IMG/VR virus record: IMGVR_UViG_3300044825_002458
Span: 1 to 60,740 of that record
Source: a virus
Lineage: Duplodnaviria; Caudoviricetes
Strand: one strand, 5' to 3'
DNA length: 60,740 nt
Shown here: one piece after another, positions 55,710 through 60,740 of the stretch
How positions within the stretch are numbered: the stretch's first letter is position 1
Layout: every line of letters starts with the position of its first letter
Program-made: the position numbers and the translations under genes
Notes under the pieces: generated by a model
Told to the model about the DNA's origin: nothing
The model's input: only the letters and a program-made list of their open reading frames with translations
Databases searched by the model: none

Positions 55710-58636
55710 GCAGCAGCGACCTTCCGGCACCCGGCGGCGGTAACACACTCGTTATCGCGGTCGATAGTACTCGAGCAGTCTCGAGCGTCAACCGGCTCAG
55801 CGATGCATTCGGTACCATCGACAATCGAGCCCGTAAGGCCACGGAGGAGATCGTTCAATACGAAAGAGCCGTAGACGATGCGGGGATCCAGGTTGACGAT
55901 CTGACCAAGTTGCTTGCTAAGTTGGCGGCCGCGTATGCCGGGTTCCAAGGACTCAAGCAAGCGGTAAACAACATGGCTAGCTTTGAACAAGCGGTAGCCA
56001 ACATCGCTGCATCAAGCCACAGCGGGGCTGAAAGTTTCGAGCTCATTTCAAACAGCCTAAAGGAACTTAACCTCACTACTAGATTCTCGCTGAACGAGAT
56101 CGAAACCGCGCTCCTCAAAATCACGCGAGCTGGATTCACACTCGAAGACAGCCTTAAGATCCTACCTCAGTCGCTCACACTCGCCGCTGCGTCATTCGGA
56201 GATGTCGCAGTGTCTGCGGACACTACGTCGGATGTTATCAAGTCATTCAACCTCTCAGTGGATGATAGCAGCCGAGTAGTCGACGTTCTCGGTAAGTTGG
56301 CTAATACCACTGCCGCCGATGTTGTGGAGATCAAGGACGCTATCGCCACGGTTGCGCCCGTCGCAAATCAGTTCGGTGTATCGCTAGAGGAAGTCGCAGC
56401 GGGCATCGCCACCTTGACGGAACGTGGTATTCGCGCACGTATCGGCGGCCTTGGTCTGAAGGAGATGCTCATTCAGCTAGGCCCCGCAATGGACAAGGCC
56501 AATCCACAACGTGTAGGGTTGCTGACGGCCCTCGAGAAATTGGCTGATCGCCAGTTCACCGCATCCGAGCAAACCGCAATCTTCAGTAAAGAGGTTGTCC
56601 AGGTTACCTCAACACTGCTCAACAATGTTGCTCGGTACCGAGAACTGGTTGAGGCCTCAAAGGAAGTTGGCTCAGCGCACGAGATCGTTAACGCCCAGCA
56701 TCAGACGCTCGAGTTTGGTTTTAAGCAAGTTGGCGCAGCGGCGCAAGAGCTGTTCCTTAACTACACCGAGCACTTGGTACCGTCTACCAAGGACTTTCTT
56801 AAGAACCTCAAAGACGCGGTCTTGATATTGGCCGGTAATGATGAGGCCATGCGAAATGCATCCGAGGGCGCCAACAAGTTGGCTCGAGCTCTCGCCATCG
56901 CTTTCGACGTTGCCATCATCGTATCAGTGGTTGCTATCACCGACGCAATCGCTGGAATGATCGCGGCTTTGATTGCAGCGACCGGTCCGATCGGCGCAGT
57001 CGCGGTTGCGTTCACGTTGCTCCTTACCTACCTCACCAATACGGAAGAGAGCGTGAACAATGTGGACAAGTCATTTAGGAACCTTAAGGATACAGTAGTT
57101 GACCTGAGACTTGTTCCTGTAAGCATCGACGCCGACATCCAGAAGATTACCAAGCTGACGGCCGAGATCAACCTGGCTCGTGATACCGCAGCTAAGAGAG
57201 AAGCGGTAAACGCAAAGATGGCACAGCTCGAGGCCCTTAAACACGAGCTCGAACTGCTTAGCGATGAAGGAAGGTATGCATCAACCAGCATTCTCGAGCT
57301 GGCGCACGCATTCCGAATTGACCCCAATGATGTGGCTCAGATCGAATCGGTTCAGAATATCCTTCGTGGCTTGAAGCTGGCTAACTTTGCGCCTGACACA
57401 CCCGACAGTGCGTTCTTCAGTACCAAGGACGTCGTCCCCACCGAGGGCATCATGGCCGTTGTCAAGCAGGAGATATACCGCTTGAACGACATGATCGAGA
57501 AGGACCCGACATTGAAGATCGACGTGGTCCACCCCGACGAAGATGCCGCTAAGAAAGTTACGAAGACCATCGACGAGATCTTGGACAAGCTCCAGCAGCG
57601 AGCTGAGAATGCGGGTAACATCGACGTTTTCGATACCTACCTCAATAAGCTCAAGGAAGAAACCCAGAAGCTGGCGGGCGATAACTTCGAGCGCGCTAAA
57701 TCAAAGGCACTGATTGAAGGCGAGAACTTTGCTCGTCAACACGGCGTAAAGTTTACGAAGGATCAAATCAAGGCCATCGAGGACGAGGCCGATGCTCAGC
57801 AACGGCTCATCGAGACTCGTAAGAAAGAAGCCGACTACATTCGAATCAATCGCGAAAAGACCCAGGAAGCGATCGACCTCATTCAAGCACTTAAGACCGA
57901 GCAAGAAGCGGTTAACCTTACTAGCATCGAACGCGAGAGGCTCATTACCATCCGCCACGCAGATGCTATTGCGATGAAGGCTCAGTCCGACGAGGTCGAT
58001 GAGCTGGCAAAGAACATCAAAGAGGAAGCCGATAAACTGGCCAAGCTTCAGGCCGGTAAAGTGATTGCCGACGGCATTGTCGACCCAATCATCTCGGGCC
58101 TTGAAGATGCAATCTTCGAGTTCAACAAGCTCAATGACGTGGTTAAGAACGTCATGGAGTCAATCGCCAGAAACATCCTAAGGGAGACCGCCCTAGAGCC
58201 TCTTAAGAAGGCCCTCACTAACCTCATCTTCAGCATCGTCACTTCAGCAGCGACAGGGACTAGTAGCGGCAGCGGGAACTTCGGCGGAGTCCAGTCGAAC
58301 GGTGGAGGAGGCCTACTTGGCCCTTCTGTGGGCGTAAGCGGACATGCGGTGGGCGATACGTTCTCGGGCGGTATGGCGCGTGCGTTCAGCCGTCCAACGC
58401 TTCTGGATTCCGGTGTGTCCGGTCATCGATTCCTTCTGGGTGAGAAAGATCCTGAGGGCGCATTCCCCCTTACGCGTGACTCACAAGGTCGATTGGCCAT
58501 CCGAGGTACTGGCGGAGGCGGCACTGTCATCAATGCCAATATGACAGTAGTGGCCTCTAATCCCGCAGACTTCGGTAGGAGTCAGCGACAAGTGATGGAC
58601 TCACTCCGGTCAGCAATTCGACTTTCCATTCGGTAA
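55706..58636 (+). CDS. Tape measure protein (TP901-type)
   Basis: TTRFS..E, VDVL...AN.T, VAPVA..FGVSLEE..A.I..L...GI, helical; C-terminal GE..PE..PL.R...GRL. Confidence 0.92.
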   Translation: MSSSDLPAPGGGNTLVIAVDSTRAVSSVNRLSDAFGTIDNRARKATEEIVQYERAVDDAGIQVDDLTKLLAKLAAAYAGFQGLKQAVNNMASFEQAVANIAASSHSGAESFELISNSLKELNLTTRFSLNEIETALLKITRAGFTLEDSLKILPQSLTLAAASFGDVAVSADTTSDVIKSFNLSVDDSSRVVDVLGKLANTTAADVVEIKDAIATVAPVANQFGVSLEEVAAGIATLTERGIRARIGGLGLKEMLIQLGPAMDKANPQRVGLLTALEKLADRQFTASEQTAIFSKEVVQVTSTLLNNVARYRELVEASKEVGSAHEIVNAQHQTLEFGFKQVGAAAQELFLNYTEHLVPSTKDFLKNLKDAVLILAGNDEAMRNASEGANKLARALAIAFDVAIIVSVVAITDAIAGMIAALIAATGPIGAVAVAFTLLLTYLTNTEESVNNVDKSFRNLKDTVVDLRLVPVSIDADIQKITKLTAEINLARDTAAKREAVNAKMAQLEALKHELELLSDEGRYASTSILELAHAFRIDPNDVAQIESVQNILRGLKLANFAPDTPDSAFFSTKDVVPTEGIMAVVKQEIYRLNDMIEKDPTLKIDVVHPDEDAAKKVTKTIDEILDKLQQRAENAGNIDVFDTYLNKLKEETQKLAGDNFERAKSKALIEGENFARQHGVKFTKDQIKAIEDEADAQQRLIETRKKEADYIRINREKTQEAIDLIQALKTEQEAVNLTSIERERLITIRHADAIAMKAQSDEVDELAKNIKEEADKLAKLQAGKVIADGIVDPIISGLEDAIFEFNKLNDVVKNVMESIARNILRETALEPLKKALTNLIFSIVTSAATGTSSGSGNFGGVQSNGGGGLLGPSVGVSGHAVGDTFSGGMARAFSRPTLLDSGVSGHRFLLGEKDPEGAFPLTRDSQGRLAIRGTGGGGTVINANMTVVASNPADFGRSQRQVMDSLRSAIRLSIR

Positions 58637-58639
58637 CCC

Positions 58640-59605
58640 ATGACATTCTCCAATCAGCTGTTCCCGGTAAAGATCTCATTTGGGTCACTGGGAGGTCCTC
58701 GCCACGGCGGAGTAGTAAGTGAGCTACCGAGCGGTCAACGAAAAGTGACAGTCCGGTGGGACGGGGCACTTCGTCGATACGATGCGAAATGGGGACTCAA
58801 GACTCAACAAGACCTATACTTGGTATACAACTTTGTGTTGGCCCACAACGGAGCTGAACACACATTCCGATACCGAGACCACCTAGACTACTCGTCAAAC
58901 GCCATCGACGGAGGTAGTACTGTCATTGCGGGCGATGATCAGCTATGCGGTGTTGGCGATGGGTCGAATCGGTCATTCTTCCTATCGAAGGTATACAACG
59001 CCGGACCTGTGGAGAAAGTTCGTCGTATCCAACTACCGTGGACATCACCCGCTCCAATTGTATGGGTCGATGGCGTACTTCAAGTTGAAGGGTCAGACCA
59101 TACCATCGACTACACGACAGGCGAGATCTTGTTCGGAACTGCTCCGTCAATGGGCCTCGAGGTGACCGCCGGGTTCATGTTCGATGTGCACTGCCAGTTT
59201 ACCCAAGAAGTAGACAACTTCCTTCAAGTAGCTATCACTGGGTTCAAGGCGGGCGAAATTCCTAGCATTACCATTGATGAAGTCTCGAGCGATGCTTCGA
59301 ACAGCGTTAGTCGGTCGTTCGGAGGCAGTCGACTTATCAACCTGACTGCCGACCTCAGAATGTCGTTGAATATGGGCGAACTGCTCATTGTCAACCCCAG
59401 CGCTTCGGGGTTTTCGATGTGGCTACCCAACGTCAAAGGCCTCGGTAGCGGAAAGCTATACTTCATCATATCCAACATCTCAGCATTCTCATTCGACCTA
59501 AACAGTCATACGGGAATACTCCAGAGCACCATCGGCCCCGGCGAAACCTGGTTCATCTCACTTCTCGATAACGGCGATAATACCAAGTCCTGGGTAATCT
59601 CATAA
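58640..59605 (+). CDS. Distal tail protein (DUF2460/TIGR02217) with C-terminal extension
   Basis: FP..IS.GS.GGP, SG...R.YD, FRYRD..DY, GDG....F.L.K.Y, VTAGF.FDV. Confidence 0.88.
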   Translation: MTFSNQLFPVKISFGSLGGPRHGGVVSELPSGQRKVTVRWDGALRRYDAKWGLKTQQDLYLVYNFVLAHNGAEHTFRYRDHLDYSSNAIDGGSTVIAGDDQLCGVGDGSNRSFFLSKVYNAGPVEKVRRIQLPWTSPAPIVWVDGVLQVEGSDHTIDYTTGEILFGTAPSMGLEVTAGFMFDVHCQFTQEVDNFLQVAITGFKAGEIPSITIDEVSSDASNSVSRSFGGSRLINLTADLRMSLNMGELLIVNPSASGFSMWLPNVKGLGSGKLYFIISNISAFSFDLNSHTGILQSTIGPGETWFISLLDNGDNTKSWVIS

Positions 59606-60732
59606 TGCTCGCTGAACAATACTACGGCGGATCAGTCGATGCGGGCGTAATTACCCGCGACTACATCATTGGGCCTAAGTCGCTGGTAGTCGTCCAGCCA
59701 GCATCTGCCGGGCCATCGGTTATCCTCCCCGACCCAAACAAGCGGTACCTTGCTCGTGGTGCTCACTACCACATCGTAAACTCATCACCGACGTACTCCC
59801 TACCCGTAAAGGACCATACCTCTACCTATACTCTATTCATCATCCCTCCGATGTCGGGGGTGTTTGCAGTATGGGGCGGAGGTGTTGCAATCCACGGTTG
59901 GGTAGTCACCATTCGTAACCCAGGCGGCGCTACTATCGGATCCGCATTGGCCGCTAACGCGGAATCCATGCTGATCGAGCTGAAGTCGCCACAGTCTCAC
60001 TTTATGGTGAGGAACGCGGCCATCGCCAAGGGCTGGGATACCACGACACCATTAGCTATCATACTGCTAATTGAGACCTCAGCGGTTATCTACTCCTACA
60101 ATACTAGCGTCGCCTCAATTCGCAGTGGAGACTGGTGGCCAGCTGGTTCGTCTCTGTTCATCATCTGCAGGGGACAAGTGTATGGGAAAGGCGGCAATGC
60201 GGGGAGAGGTGGGATTGCAAGTACGGCCTCACCCGGCGGCTACCCAGGTAGTAACGGCGGGCCAGCCATCGATACCCTACTGGACACCATCGTTGTTGTC
60301 TCGGGCGAAATCAAAGGTGGCGGTGGTGGCGGTGGCGGCGGCGATGGAGCAGCTACTCCATCACTGAATCACGGCGGTGGCGGAGGTGGTGGTTGCCCGG
60401 GCGGATTGGGAGGCGCCGCAACCCCAAGTGCACACGTCGGCGGTAACTCACCCCTCTTTACATCGTCGGGTAGAATTCCGTCAGTTGCTATCAATACAAC
60501 TGCGGCAGGGGCTGGCGGCGCAAATGCCGCAGGTGCTCCGAACAATGGTCGAGGTGGAACTGGCGGATTGCCGGGTGTTGCGGGTAGCCCGGGTAGGACC
60601 ACGATTAACACGGCATCATCAACCGGCACTGGTGGTTCGCCAGGTCCGTGGATTCGGCATCCAAGCTCGGTATCACTTGTGTACTCACTACAGGGACTTG
60701 GGGCAGTTGCCGGCGGTATCGAGGTGTACTAA
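59605..60732 (+). CDS. Glycine-rich tail fibre/appendage protein
   Basis: G.VYGKGG..G.GG, GEIKGGGGGGGG and GGGGGG motifs; inserted between Dit and hub. Confidence 0.7.
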   Translation: MLAEQYYGGSVDAGVITRDYIIGPKSLVVVQPASAGPSVILPDPNKRYLARGAHYHIVNSSPTYSLPVKDHTSTYTLFIIPPMSGVFAVWGGGVAIHGWVVTIRNPGGATIGSALAANAESMLIELKSPQSHFMVRNAAIAKGWDTTTPLAIILLIETSAVIYSYNTSVASIRSGDWWPAGSSLFIICRGQVYGKGGNAGRGGIASTASPGGYPGSNGGPAIDTLLDTIVVVSGEIKGGGGGGGGGDGAATPSLNHGGGGGGGCPGGLGGAATPSAHVGGNSPLFTSSGRIPSVAINTTAAGAGGANAAGAPNNGRGGTGGLPGVAGSPGRTTINTASSTGTGGSPGPWIRHPSSVSLVYSLQGLGAVAGGIEVY

Positions 60733-60740
60733 TGAAGCTC
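60569..60740 (+). repeat. Terminal direct repeat (circular assembly overlap), copy 2
   Basis: Matches 1..172. Confidence 0.95.

Noticed and set aside
55429-55743. 104-aa ORF between chaperone and TMP
   Set aside because: Wrong frame; the coding frame is the -1 frameshift extension ending at 55709

Overview
The window looks like a complete, circularly permuted ~60.6 kb dsDNA tailed phage genome (siphovirus-type). Its first and last 172 bp are the same apart from one mismatch. There are four blocks. (1) A + strand virion module, 36.9 kb to the end and continuing 1-7.6 kb: TerL, DUF4055-type portal, minor head protein, scaffold, major capsid, neck, tail tube, frameshifted tail chaperone, tape measure and a GTA-like tail tip (DUF2460, DUF2163, NlpC/P60, megatron, DUF2793). 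(2) A - strand replication and nucleotide-metabolism module, 7.7-28 kb: PolA, dCMP deaminase, two thymidylate-synthase-fold proteins, an all-alpha dNTP pyrophosphatase, a DUF1599-like protein, a primase-MCM-helicase fusion, SSB, Sak4-like ATPase, PD-(D/E)XK nuclease, pyrimidine-dimer glycosylase, SNF2 helicase and a degenerate ligase. (3) A short + strand block, 28.3-31.2 kb: RuvC-like, TerS-like, degenerate UDG. (4) A - strand early-type region, 31.5-36.5 kb, full of repeated operator-like motifs. I recognised no integrase, repressor, tRNA or CRISPR array. The most notable signals are: a ~180-nt multibranch structured RNA between the SSB and primase-helicase genes; a conserved R-x-I-R-A-x-L-R-x-L-G-H-x-G-G module in four otherwise unrelated proteins; a probable cytosine-modification pathway plus a ~600-bp tract nearly free of CC/CT/GG/AG; seven 16-bp palindromic operators; and a head-tail adaptor fused to SGNH esterase-like domains. 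All family assignments come from recognising motifs by eye, not from database searches.
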